From positions 64,001-128,000 of the IMG/VR virus record IMGVR_UViG_3300031999_001882: a stretch of DNA of 64,000 nucleotides; one strand, given 5' to 3'. Below, one piece after another: positions 47,712 through 58,300 of this stretch. The notes beneath the pieces are model-generated. The model made no database searches. It was not told the origin of the DNA and saw only the letters and a program-made list of their open reading frames with translations. Every line of letters begins with the position of its first letter. Position 1 is the first letter of the stretch. The position numbers were made by a program, and so were the translations under genes. The stretch comes from a virus.

Positions 47712-48461
47712 TCAGTTCTCTCTGAAATAGACCAGACCCTTGGGGGTCGTCTCGTAATTGCCGTCGTAATGGCTGACGAAATGCGGCCAGCCATCTGTGG
47801 ACACCGCATCCTGCGCCGCTTCGTCGGTGTCGATCATAATGAAGTTGGCCTTCATCAAATCTTCGATTGAATACATCCCGCGATCATGCACGAAATACTG
47901 AATCGGGTCGGCCAACTCTTTTTCCAGCTCCTCGGACTTTGTGCCGCGCACTTCTTCCTTGGCTTCTTCGGCAATAGTCACCATCCGAGCTTCATCCCCG
48001 GCGGTCTGTGCCTCCGCATACTCATCGGCCTTGCCCGCTTCTTCGATCAGCGTGGCTTCGTCAGCCACATTGTCCACATAATCGTCGGCTTCTTCGCCCG
48101 CGATGATCCGACGGTCGGTATCCGAGATCGTGATATAACTCTGCAACCAGTCCTGATTGAAAATCTCAGGCTCAGACTCAAGATCATTCTTAACCTGTTC
48201 GACGGTCACGCGCTCCGCCGTATCCTCATCCCAGAAAAATCGGTATTCAAAGCCGCTCTTAAATGTACCCCCATCTTGGTCCATTTCAAGGTCGGTGATC
48301 TCGTCAACTTCAACGCCAAGGGCCGCCGCCAAGTCCGCGATGGTTTCTTCCTCGGACAATTCAGAAGCGTGCCGGATCAGGTCGATAGCCTCATCCGTCT
48401 CCACGCCCTTCTCGGCCAGCCGTTCCAACTGCGCGAGTCGCTTCTCTGCGGTGTTTTCCAT
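47712..48461 (-). CDS. Acidic phage protein
   Basis: Start MENTAEK; very Asp/Glu-rich; DGWPHFVSHYDG C-terminus. Confidence 0.75.
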   Translation of the reverse strand: MENTAEKRLAQLERLAEKGVETDEAIDLIRHASELSEEETIADLAAALGVEVDEITDLEMDQDGGTFKSGFEYRFFWDEDTAERVTVEQVKNDLESEPEIFNQDWLQSYITISDTDRRIIAGEEADDYVDNVADEATLIEEAGKADEYAEAQTAGDEARMVTIAEEAKEEVRGTKSEELEKELADPIQYFVHDRGMYSIEDLMKANFIMIDTDEAAQDAVSTDGWPHFVSHYDGNYETTPKGLVYFREN

Positions 48462-48462
48462 T

Positions 48463-48639
48463 TTATTTCCCTGTGTCCGGCTTCTCGTCCTTATAGAAGT
48501 AGTCCCGAACAAAATTAGTCAGCACTTCATTCGTCAAATCGTCGTAACCCTTACCCATCTCCCGCGCAATCTGGCTGAGCTGTTGGTCCAGCCATGTCGT
48601 GATCGGGACATACGCCCGCTTACGACGTTCTTCCGGCAC
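48463..48639 (-). CDS. Putative ribbon-helix-helix DNA-binding protein (58 aa)
   Basis: Manual translation MPEERRKRAYVPITTWLDQQLSQIAREMG..DDLTNEVLTNFV; coupled on both sides. Confidence 0.5.
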   Translation of the reverse strand: MPEERRKRAYVPITTWLDQQLSQIAREMGKGYDDLTNEVLTNFVRDYFYKDEKPDTGK

Positions 48640-48773
48640 TACTTCGCCGCTTTAACCGTCCCGGTCGAAATCTCTACGGTCTGAACAGCCACCTTCGCCG
48701 CTCTGTGCTTCTTGACCACAAACAGCAATGCGATTGCGGCCACCACTACGACTGCGATAACGATTTTCTTCAC
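48639..48773 (-). CDS. Small membrane-anchored peptide (44 aa)
   Basis: GTG start with AAGGAGG RBS; KKIVIAVVVVAAIALLFVV TM helix. Confidence 0.6.
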   Translation of the reverse strand: MKKIVIAVVVVAAIALLFVVKKHRAAKVAVQTVEISTGTVKAAK

Positions 48774-48783
48774 TCGACCCTCC

Positions 48784-49887
48784 TTAAAGCCGTGCGTCCG
48801 CCGCCCAATGCCCATCTCCACCATTACGATCAGTTAGGACGGCTGTTTGAAACAAAATAGAGGTGTTCTCTCCGATTGGATTTGCTGATGTCGGATGATC
48901 TGTCCTTGTTGCTGTCGTATTACTCCACCAACCCCAAGACCCAGATACTCCTGCCACCGTATAAGTATTGAAGTTTGTTGGAACTGCTCTCTTTGGAACT
49001 TTATAAATGACCATCACATCAACCTCATCGCCAATAACAAATACAGGTGCAAGACGATACATATTTATAGAAGTATTAGTCCCCGGCACAGTATCAAGCG
49101 CATAGCTTTTCTCAAAATACCTCTGACAAAGCTGAACCTCTATCGGGAACGGTCGATACTCGAACGGGGTCGCCGAAGAACCAAGCTCAAGCTGGACCCC
49201 GGTGATGTCAAAAGTGTTGCTGATTGTCGCCATCCAATTAACTTGATTTATTGAATTGGGTCGTCCGCTTGCGTTCCATTGATTCGGCGTGTCTGCAATA
49301 CCTGAATCTCTAGCTAAAACAAAATGGACCGCAAACCCCGCATTTACATCAGTCGCCCATGTGCCAGATGTATCGCCCGGATAAGTCAATGTGACGAGTT
49401 GCCACACATTTGCGCTTGTGATCGTATACTCTCGGATAAAACTTCTATTGGGCGATCCATTTTGAAGTGCCACGCAATAAGTTCCGGCCAAACTTGAGCG
49501 AACCCAAAACTGCAAAGACAATGTTTTCGCATTTACTGAACCGAATAAAAAATCCCTAACATTTAATCCTTCAATGCGTTGCTGAAACGTATAGTTGTCG
49601 TTGGATGTCAAGGGAGTACGAGCCGTCGATACAGTTGCTCGCAAATAGTAAGGAAATCCTGTTGGCGGAGTAGCCGTAGCGCGTTGAAGGGTAAAAACCC
49701 CCGCCGCACTACGTCCATTCGCTATCCACATATCAGTAGAGCGAAAATCAGCAGTACCATTTACTGTTAAAGCTGTCCCGCCGTTGGCTTGGTCAATCGC
49801 CATCTCGCCATTGATGAGCCGATTGCGGCCCATCGACGGGAAGGCCGTTGTGTTAAAATCCAACGCTGGATTCAGTTGAGTGACCAT
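48784..49887 (-). CDS. Fibre / receptor-binding-like protein outside the tail module
   Basis: RNRLINGEMAIDQ...ITGVQLELGSSATPFE.R...LCQRYFEKSY; same family as 2231..3424. Confidence 0.7.
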   Translation of the reverse strand: MVTQLNPALDFNTTAFPSMGRNRLINGEMAIDQANGGTALTVNGTADFRSTDMWIANGRSAAGVFTLQRATATPPTGFPYYLRATVSTARTPLTSNDNYTFQQRIEGLNVRDFLFGSVNAKTLSLQFWVRSSLAGTYCVALQNGSPNRSFIREYTITSANVWQLVTLTYPGDTSGTWATDVNAGFAVHFVLARDSGIADTPNQWNASGRPNSINQVNWMATISNTFDITGVQLELGSSATPFEYRPFPIEVQLCQRYFEKSYALDTVPGTNTSINMYRLAPVFVIGDEVDVMVIYKVPKRAVPTNFNTYTVAGVSGSWGWWSNTTATRTDHPTSANPIGENTSILFQTAVLTDRNGGDGHWAADARL

Positions 49888-49889
49888 AG

Positions 49890-50051
49890 TTATTTACCCA
49901 CCCATTTGCCGCTTGCCTTGCGCGGCTCTCCGCCGCCCTTCTTCCGGCTCCCGCAGGCTTGGTGATATTTGCCAAGCGACCCCGGCGTGCTCATGGCTTC
50001 CACGCCACATTTGTCGCACACAACACGGATCGCCGCTTGGCTGACGCTCAT
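49890..50051 (-). CDS. Small basic zinc-binding protein (53 aa)
   Basis: Manual translation MSVSQAAIRVVCDKCG...HQAC; ATGA-coupled. Confidence 0.5.
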   Translation of the reverse strand: MSVSQAAIRVVCDKCGVEAMSTPGSLGKYHQACGSRKKGGGEPRKASGKWVGK

Positions 50052-50290
50052 GCAGGCTCCTGCGGCGGCATCTGGCTCCGCGCCCCGCTATCTGGCGGCT
50101 CCGGCAGATCAGAACCCAACAACGCCAAAGCATCATCAATCAAATCCCGCACCGCTTCGTTGCATTCGTCGGTGGTGTTATGGGCGCACTCGCCCGCCGT
50201 GTGCTTGTAGGCTTCCACCAACACCCTGATCGCCTGTCGTGTTTTCGGTTCGTTAGAAGCAGATGGCCCGGCTGTCTTGGTCCAGCTCAT
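50048..50290 (-). CDS. Small protein with N-terminal WTKxA tag
   Basis: MSWTKTAG; AGGAGG RBS. Confidence 0.7.
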   Translation of the reverse strand: MSWTKTAGPSASNEPKTRQAIRVLVEAYKHTAGECAHNTTDECNEAVRDLIDDALALLGSDLPEPPDSGARSQMPPQEPA

Positions 50291-50487
50291 TGAAATCCTC
50301 CTGCTACCGATCCCACAACCGCTTCGGCGGCTTCGATAGCCTCTATCACTTCGTCAAAATGATCGCCTTCCGGGTCTTTAATCAGGCCCCGGTCAACCAA
50401 ATTTCGCATGGCCGCCAGCGAAATCACCAACGCATTTTCGAGACTCTTTTCGCGGCCTGCTTCTGGTGCGGCTGTCTTAGTCCACAT
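50287..50487 (-). CDS. Small protein with N-terminal WTKxA tag
   Basis: MWTKTAA; AGGAGG RBS. Confidence 0.7.
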   Translation of the reverse strand: MWTKTAAPEAGREKSLENALVISLAAMRNLVDRGLIKDPEGDHFDEVIEAIEAAEAVVGSVAGGFQ

Positions 50488-50648
50488 TATCGAAATCCTC
50501 CTAGTATGATTTTTTCTATCCCGCAATCACATCGACAAAGCCATTGAGTCGAAGTCGAACTGCCATACCGAACAGACGGCATCTTCTGTAAAACAAGCCA
50601 TCTCCCATAACGCTGTTTAGGATGAATGTAGCTGGATCGTCCAATCAT
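50487..50648 (-). pseudogene. Truncated HNH endonuclease remnant (N-terminal DNA-binding part only)
   Basis: Manual translation ...RYGRWLVL...WLCRCDCGIEK matches the N-terminus of the 46202 HNH; stops after 53 aa. Confidence 0.65.
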
Positions 50649-52039
50649 AAATGTCCGAGTTCAGTATCATGGCTCTGCTGTCGCTCTCTATAGAACAGCT
50701 TTCCAAGACCTTCTTCTGTAAGGGCCATGATTTTGTTTTCATCCGACTTAAAAGTATCGTCAAAAACAATGCTTCCGTCGGCGATCACAAAAACTAAAAG
50801 ACCAGCCTTTGTTCCTATGTCGGCAGATAGCGTATTGTCAACGATATCGACGATCACCGACATAATGGCGTTTGCCGAGAAGAATTGTTCGATATCTTCT
50901 CCCGGCACTTGGACTTCGTTCTCTATTTTCTCAGCCAATTCTCTGCCATGATATTTGAAGCTCGATATTCGTAACGAAAAATTACGCAGAACTGAATTCT
51001 TCTGACGGATGTATTCGAGAATCTTGGAGACATTCTCGGTCATCGCCTTGTCCACATCCACTTCGTCGCGCTCTGCTTCAAAATACTCAGAAGGCGTGAC
51101 CTGCTTGCGCTCGTCCTCAAACGGTTGCTTCTTCACATCTGTCTCGGCATCCATCAGCTTCTCAGAGAGGCCCGTCTCCATCGCTCTCTGCTGGGAATCG
51201 CCCGCAGGTTGCTCAGTCGGGGTGGCTTCGGTCGGCGTAAGCGCCACGCGAATCCACTCCGATTCCTTGGACGAGATATGACCCATTTCTTCCGCGCCCT
51301 TGAGCATCGTGTCGATCTCGCGGTTGTCGCGTGCGTGCCGATATAAGTGCGTGTAGATGGCCGAAGCCCGCTCGCCCAGCTCTGCGGCCTGCAACAGAAT
51401 GCTGGGGTTGTTCGAGTCCAGCGTGCTCAGCGCTTCGCCATCGTCCTTAAAGTCCTTCATCTGGTCTTTGGTGAGCGGTGCGTCAAAGAGCATTGCTTCC
51501 TTCACATGATCCTTGAGTCCTTTGATCGCGTGATCGGAAGTCAGATACATCTCGACGACATCTCGCTGAGTATCGCCCTTCTGACCAAAAAGAGCGAAGC
51601 CCCAATTAAACGGATTTATGAAAAAATAATCGTACTTTTCTTTGCCCTTGGCTTCGCCCCATCCCATCGAGATTCCGGGGATGGTCGGAGGCGTGCTCAA
51701 GAACTTCGCCGGGTTCAGGAGATCGTAGGGGTGGATGCCCGTGAGATGCTTAAAAGCCCGCACGATCTCATCTCGCTGATAGCCGAGAGAAATCAGGTAG
51801 CCTTCCATGAACTTGTAAGCAAAGCGGCCCTCATTGATGAGACGCTTTAAGTTTCTCTCAAGCTCAATGCGCTCCGGGCGCGTGTTGGTCCCGGCGTAAT
51901 AGACATCAGCGTATTGATGGCTGATATTCCAGTCACGGGCGGAGGCGGTTCGTTTGGTCTTTTCCAATGCGTTAAGAACGGGGTCGAAGTCTCCCCCTTC
52001 AAAGTCGGTCACTTCATTTTCCAGCCAATTTTTAGACAT
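50645..52039 (-). CDS. Acidic hypothetical protein (possible internal head protein)
   Basis: 464 aa; AGGAGG RBS; KRTAS motif near the N-terminus. Confidence 0.7.
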   Translation of the reverse strand: MSKNWLENEVTDFEGGDFDPVLNALEKTKRTASARDWNISHQYADVYYAGTNTRPERIELERNLKRLINEGRFAYKFMEGYLISLGYQRDEIVRAFKHLTGIHPYDLLNPAKFLSTPPTIPGISMGWGEAKGKEKYDYFFINPFNWGFALFGQKGDTQRDVVEMYLTSDHAIKGLKDHVKEAMLFDAPLTKDQMKDFKDDGEALSTLDSNNPSILLQAAELGERASAIYTHLYRHARDNREIDTMLKGAEEMGHISSKESEWIRVALTPTEATPTEQPAGDSQQRAMETGLSEKLMDAETDVKKQPFEDERKQVTPSEYFEAERDEVDVDKAMTENVSKILEYIRQKNSVLRNFSLRISSFKYHGRELAEKIENEVQVPGEDIEQFFSANAIMSVIVDIVDNTLSADIGTKAGLLVFVIADGSIVFDDTFKSDENKIMALTEEGLGKLFYRERQQSHDTELGHL

Positions 52040-52055
52040 TAACCTGCCCTCCTAA

Positions 52056-52084
52056 AATATATGCTATTTTTATGCGCTTTACAA
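52056..52084 (-). promoter_or_regulatory. Putative sigma70-type promoter TTGTAA-17-TATATT
   Basis: AT-rich intergenic gap upstream of 52039; very close to the RBS, which weakens the call. Confidence 0.4.
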
Positions 52085-52111
52085 CTGGTGGTGTTCTTTT
52101 TTAACACACCC

Positions 52112-52339
52112 CTACCCGTTGCGTTGCCCGTTACTGCTTGCCACGGCTCTTAACGCCTTCAAAGTATCTTCATCCAGACGTGATCCTAAGCTGAAATCCA
52201 ACCTCTCTGGCCGGGCTTGCGCCGGGCGCTCTTGTCTTACAAACGCCTGCGGCTGACGACGAACGACCTTCTGCATCGGCCTTACGGCCTGAGTCTTTCG
52301 ATCTAAGAGTTCTACAGCCCGGTCGAGACTTCCCATCAT
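52112..52339 (-). CDS. Small hypothetical protein
   Basis: ATGA-coupled to the giant gene. Confidence 0.55.
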   Translation of the reverse strand: MMGSLDRAVELLDRKTQAVRPMQKVVRRQPQAFVRQERPAQARPERLDFSLGSRLDEDTLKALRAVASSNGQRNG

Positions 52340-55300
52340 TTCGTTGGTTCGAGTTCTTTCTCAGCGATAGTAAATTGCGATCCAGTACGCTGGCCGTAAG
52401 AATCCAGCGTAATCACTTCATAGCTTTTGTCCGCAGAGATCGCAGAAGCCACACGCTTGATGATCTCGGCTTTGTCACCGGACACCAACCAGACGTGAGA
52501 GCCTTCCGCGAAGCGATACCCGGCGTTCTTGAAGAAGTCGGCTGTCGATTGAAGCTTCATAGAGAGCTTTTTGCGGCGAAGCTTCTTGGATTCTTTGTCC
52601 AGCTCCCACGCGCTTCCTACAAGGTCCGAGGACTTGAACTGATCGAAGTAGCGGGCCGCACGCTGGGCGGCTTGCGCTGGCGGCAGATCGGACTTGGTAG
52701 CGATCTGATCCAAGAGCGCAGTAACGGCGGCTTTGACATCGCCGCCTCTCAGGTAAGCTTCTTCGCCAGCCTTCCAGACCTTTGAAATGTCCATCATATT
52801 GATCTGGTAGCCATACACCGCATCTTGAATGAGGTGCGCCATCTCATCCTTTTGCTTGCGCGTAATCTTGCCGGGAACTGCCGCCTGTTTCTCCACAGAT
52901 GTGTCGCCGCCGATAATCCCGTTCTCAACAAACTCGTCCTTCAATTCAGGGAACCGCTCGGCGAGCTGTTCAAAATAAGCCCCCCATTCAGCGAGTTCGC
53001 CGTAGCTGAGGTTCTGCTGACTCACCCAATTCTGCCAGCCTATCGCATAATCTCTGGCTTCTTGGGCAGTCTTGAGGACAGCATAGGGAGCCTTCTTGAG
53101 TTCTTTGGCCGCCGTGACTTCGGCAGTCGCAGGAGTGGCTTCGGCTTCCTTGGCCTTCTCCTCTTTGCGCTTGGCCCGGTCCTCCTGCTGTTCCTTGAGC
53201 CGCTTCTCCATCTTCTCAAGCGCGTCCACGGTTGACGCGATCTCTGAGGGGTCGGCTTTGTCCACATCCAAATCCTTGAGCTTGCGCCGGAGCGACTTCA
53301 CCTGATCCGACAATCCTGATTCGACTTCCATGCTGGCCTCCTTTAACTCGAACGGTTCTTCTCCTGCATAGGTGAAGATGGTTTTGCCAGTCTCCGCCAA
53401 GTCCTCTAAAGGAGAACGCAACTCATACTGCGGATACCACCAAAACTTTGGCTTGCTTCCGAAATCAATCTCTCCGTTGTCATCCAAGCTTCCATCGGAG
53501 ATGATGAGCGAATCAGTCAAAGCGCCGATCTGCTCTGGCCGAACTAACATATAGCCGTTGCCAAACATCGGCTCAAGATAATCCAGCAAACGCGAATCGC
53601 TCTGATCCTCAACATCCTGTCGGATTTCCTCTAAATCATCACCCGTTGCGGTGATCTCAAGATTCTTATTTGGCAGAACCTTCCAGCTTATACCGCCGCG
53701 AGCCTTCTTCTCCATTGACCCAAACGCACTCCCGGTCATAATACCCAGCGCCGCCTGCACGCCTCCGGCATCTGCCCCGGCCCCGATAAGCGCCTGCGAG
53801 ATGATGTGAAGCATCACCTTGCCTTGGCTCTTATACTGGTCCAAGACCCCCATGTAATCGCCGTAGTGCCCCTTGGTGGTGGCGGGCTTGCTCTCGATGT
53901 GCTTGACCATCTCGATGATGTCCGGGTCTTTCGACAGCATATCAATGGCCTGCTTAATCTTCTGCTCTCTGGACACTTCCGGCCCGCCGAAGCGATCTAA
54001 GCTGGCCGCCATCTCCATCGGCTCCTCCGGTTGTGCTTTGGCCTTGCCGATTTCCTCCGCATTGGCATCTTGCGCCTGCTGGATCGCGGCCTTGATTCCG
54101 GCCTCGTCGCCCTCAGTCGCATCACTCAAATAGCGGCGAATCTGGGTCTGAATCTTGGAGGTGGTCACCGAATACTTCTGCGTGTTGAAGAAGGTTTCTC
54201 CGGTGTTGCTTCGGAACACGATGGGGGTCGCATAGTTCACCAGCGCCCAGCCACCCGGATACTTCTGGATGGTCAAGTGCTCTGTGCCCCAGCGATCCCG
54301 CTTGTCTTTGGGGAACGAATCGTGCGCGAACATCTCAATAACCTGCTCGTTGGAGGCGGCCTCAACCTTCATTGCGGCGGTCGGCTTGCCCGGCCACTCA
54401 TCGCCTTCGGACATCGCCACGCAGTTCGCGTGCGCGAAAGAAGTCGGCATCACTTCCCCCGGCTCAGATTTGGAATCCACGATCATATCCCCGGCCTCGA
54501 TTGCGTTGCCGCATATCGGGCACGTCTCTCCGATCTCTCCTTCTTCGGCAGATCGCGCCTCTAGCTTGGAATAACACTCGTTACACAACGCTTCGTTAGG
54601 GTCATCGCCTTCGCCCCAGCCTTCCGGCATCTCCACGGGCTTCCCGCATTGAGGACACGACACGCGCTGAGCGGCCTTCTGCTTGCGCCAGCTCTTGAAC
54701 TCCTCGCTGTTGCGAACTTCGTCGCTTTCCTTCTTCTCCGGCGACTCGCGCCACTTCTTGTCCTCGTCTTGGAGCCGCTTCACGTCCTTCTGATTCTTGG
54801 GATTGTGTTCCAGAGGAGGCCAGCCAGAAGCGTCAACCTTGGTCGGCATATTGTCCGGGTCACAGCCGCATTCGTTGACGATATCATTCATCTTGCCGCA
54901 GGTCGGGCACTTGTGAATCCCGGCTTTGCGGTCATGCTTCTCGGCCAGCTCCTTCTCGAAATCCGCCAGCTCCTTACAATCCTTGCACCAGCGCGAGCCT
55001 TTCTCGGCATCGGCCTTGTGACAGAGCGTGCACTTCTGGGCGGAGGTCACCACTTGAAGGCCGCCGTGGTCATCCAAGAACCAGATGGTCGGATAGAAAT
55101 TGCCCTGATCCACCGCTTTGACGGCGGCAATCAGCTCGTCCCACTCCGGCGACTCGGCGAGCTTCTTACCGCTCTGATAAGCGGCGTACATCCCGCCAAG
55201 CTGTCCTTCGGTCTGGATCACGATATCGTCCTCGGCAGGCTCCTGCATCTCCTCCGAGTCAAACTCCTCCACCTCGGCTTCGGCTGTGCGCTTGCTGGCT

Positions 55301-58300
55301 TTCTTCTCTGATTTCTTTTGTTGCAGGATGGCTTCTGCTTCCTTGATTCGCTTGGCAACATACGCCTGCGTGCCCTTATCGGTCACATCGTTCATGCGAC
55401 TCATCCAGTTATCAATGAGCGCTTCCAGCTCGGCTACTGATTTATCCTTGAGATCGCTGGCTGTGCGCTTGCTGGCGATGGTGTCTTTCCAATAAACCCA
55501 AGCGACCGTCACCTTGTCATTCTCCACTTCGTCGATCTTGACGGCATAACCCGCCGAAGCATAAGCGCCCTTCACGCCGTTAAAGCCCAGCTTCGCCAGA
55601 TCACCATTGGGTTCCACAACCTCGAACTCGCCCAGATCAAAGATGTTCCCGTCATACCGGAAGAAGTCGCCCTCTCCGTTCTCGACGTAATCCAGCTCCT
55701 TCTTCTCCTCGTCAGTCAGTTGAGAATAATCCATGAGCGGAACAGTCTGCTCGTTCTTAACCACCAATCCAGTCGGCCCCGCTTGGTCATCGGCCTTCTT
55801 TTCAAGGGGTGGTTTCCGGTGCTTAACCGGGATATAGTGATGTTCGTCATCCAAGCATTTGTCGCATTGTCCACGTCGTTCGCGTGTCTCGTTGTCGTGA
55901 TTTTTGAGCGGGTGTCTGCATACGGCACATGGCGGGGCATCAACATTCTCTTTGAGCGGAGCATCAGCCTTGCGTCTGGCGGCCTGCGTCGGCGGCTTGC
56001 CCTGTAGCTCGGCAATGCCTGTGCTGATCCCTTCGCCCACGCCACGGTCGTACTCCTCCCACAGCTCATCAGCATTCTCGGCCTTGTTAAAGGCGCTGGC
56101 AAGAAACTCGAAGGGCGTATATTGCCGACCATTCTGCTCGGCCTCAAACGCTTCGTCGGCGATCTTTTCCACGTCGAGATTGCCTTGGGCATCTTTATAG
56201 CCTTGGAATTCGCCCTTGTTCGTGATGATGATGTTGAATCCCTCGTCATAGCCCATGCGGTACGCTTCATCCGGCATGATCGGTTCTTCTGCGCCCCGGC
56301 GACCCAGCGCCGAATAGAGACGCACCTTGGCTTCTTTGGAGAGCGGCTTGAGCGAGGACTGCTTGGTGGGTGGAATGTCGCCTTCTTCCAGATGCTCGAT
56401 CTCGCCGCTCTCGGTGAACGCCAGATCATTGGCCTCCGCATCCTCTTTGATGTATTCGTCGGACTGCTGGTACTCAAGCTCGGCATAGCCGTCCTTCTCA
56501 AGCTGACTACACAACTCCTGACGAACCTCGTCGATATACTGGATGAACTCGACGTACAGCTTCTCAAATTCCTCCGTGGACATCCCGGCTTCTGCGGCCA
56601 GATCATCCATGCTTCCGGGGGTATTGTCCTCCACCTTGACGGTGTATTTGTGGGAGTAATGATGGTCGATGCTCTTGAGGTCGATGTAAAGCGACTCATA
56701 GAACTTGGCGAAGATATTGAACCGCTCGTTCGGGTGCGCTTGCAGGAACTTCGCCACGTCCATGTGCGCGGTAAAGCTCACGCCGGAACCCTGCGTCGAG
56801 CTGAGATCGTAATTCACCTTCGGGTTCACAAACCCGTGCTCTTGCAAATCGCTCTCGGCATTCTCTTTCCAGAAATCAACGTCCGCCATTTCGTAATACT
56901 TATAGCGCACCTTGTCCTTGGCCTTCTCATCCAGATCATCGAAGGTAAAGAGATCGACCTTCCGGTAGAAGGTGTGCTTGGGCTTGCGCGGCTCGTCGGC
57001 AAATCGCTTCATAAAGCTCTCCTTGGCGGCGAGGCGCGAAGCCTCTTTGCTGATATTCTTGGCATAGGCCATCGCTTCTTCGCGTGAATCAAATGTCTTG
57101 TTGCCAGCGCCGGACTTATCCCGCTCGCCGCCGTGCTGAATGCCATCCACCAGCACCATGAACTTTCCGCCCAAAGCTTCCTTGATCGAAACATTCTCAG
57201 GCATCGACGACTTCCTTGTGCGCCGCCCGACGCGCTGTTCCGTCGGATTCACATAGACATTGTTATCCTGATCCTTGAAGAAGTCAGCGCCAAAAGAATC
57301 GAACTGGCCGCCGTTACGTTCATAGGGATCGAGAAACACCAGCTTGAAGTCCGTCGCCAAATCGCTGGCCGACATATAAAGGAACTCTGTGTTCGGCTCC
57401 TCGTCCTCTTTAAGCGGCTCGCCCGTCAGCGCTTGGTAATCCTCTTTGCTCCAATCGTTCGCATAGACCCGGAGAACCATCTCTGCCGTCTCGACTTCTC
57501 CACCCGGCGGGACCAGCATATAGACTCGATGGCCGCTCTGCATATCGGTGTCGGTCAAAAGAGTCCAGCCCGTGCGAATCTCTCCGATGTTCTCTACCGC
57601 ATTCCAGTCCACCTGAGTCTTGAGCGCTTCGCCATCGCCTTGAGTCAGCTCGGCGGGCAATGTCTTGAGCATTGCCACGGCTTCCGCGCCACTACCTTCC
57701 GCATATTCGGTCAGGGTAGCCGAGTAATTCACCTCGGTCCGCGCCCAATCCAAGAGGAATGCCAACTGCTCATCAGTCAGCGCGGCGGCTTTGCGGCTCA
57801 CCTTCTTAGCTTCAAACTCTTTGCGGTGTTCTTTCTCCTGCGAGATGGCGTGGTCCAGCACTTCCTTGAGCGCTGGGCTGGCATCTTCCTTCTGCCCGCG
57901 ATACTCGTCGATAGCGGCCTGCTCCTGCTCCACATCGCGCTTGACGATCTCAGCATCCCGGTCGGCTTTGCGCTTGGACGCGAAGGGCATCTTCATCTGC
58001 GCGGGGTTCTCTGGCGGTGTCAGCTCTTGTTTGATCGCTTGGTGAACGCCGGAGTCCTCGGCATACTTCAACAGGTCTTTGGCATCCATAAAAGCTTCAC
58101 CGTTGTTTTCAAAGGACGACTCCACAGCTTCCCATAAGAGTTGAAGCACGCGCTCGGAAGGCTCATACGCTTCGAGTGCTTCCTGCTTCTCCGCCGGAAG
58201 CTCCTTCGCCAAATCTTCCTTGACCCATTTCAGGGCTTCATCCTTACCCCATACGTCAAACGATTCCCGGTATTCCTGCTGTTCTGCATTCGTAAGAGCT

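Noticed and set aside
48784-49887. Diversity-generating retroelement target
   Set aside because: No reverse transcriptase and no near-identical template repeat seen in this window.
55716-56699. 327-aa alternative-frame minus-strand ORF inside the giant gene
   Set aside because: Arg/Ser/Pro-rich with no motif, typical of off-frame translation of GC3-biased genes, unlike the nested HNH.
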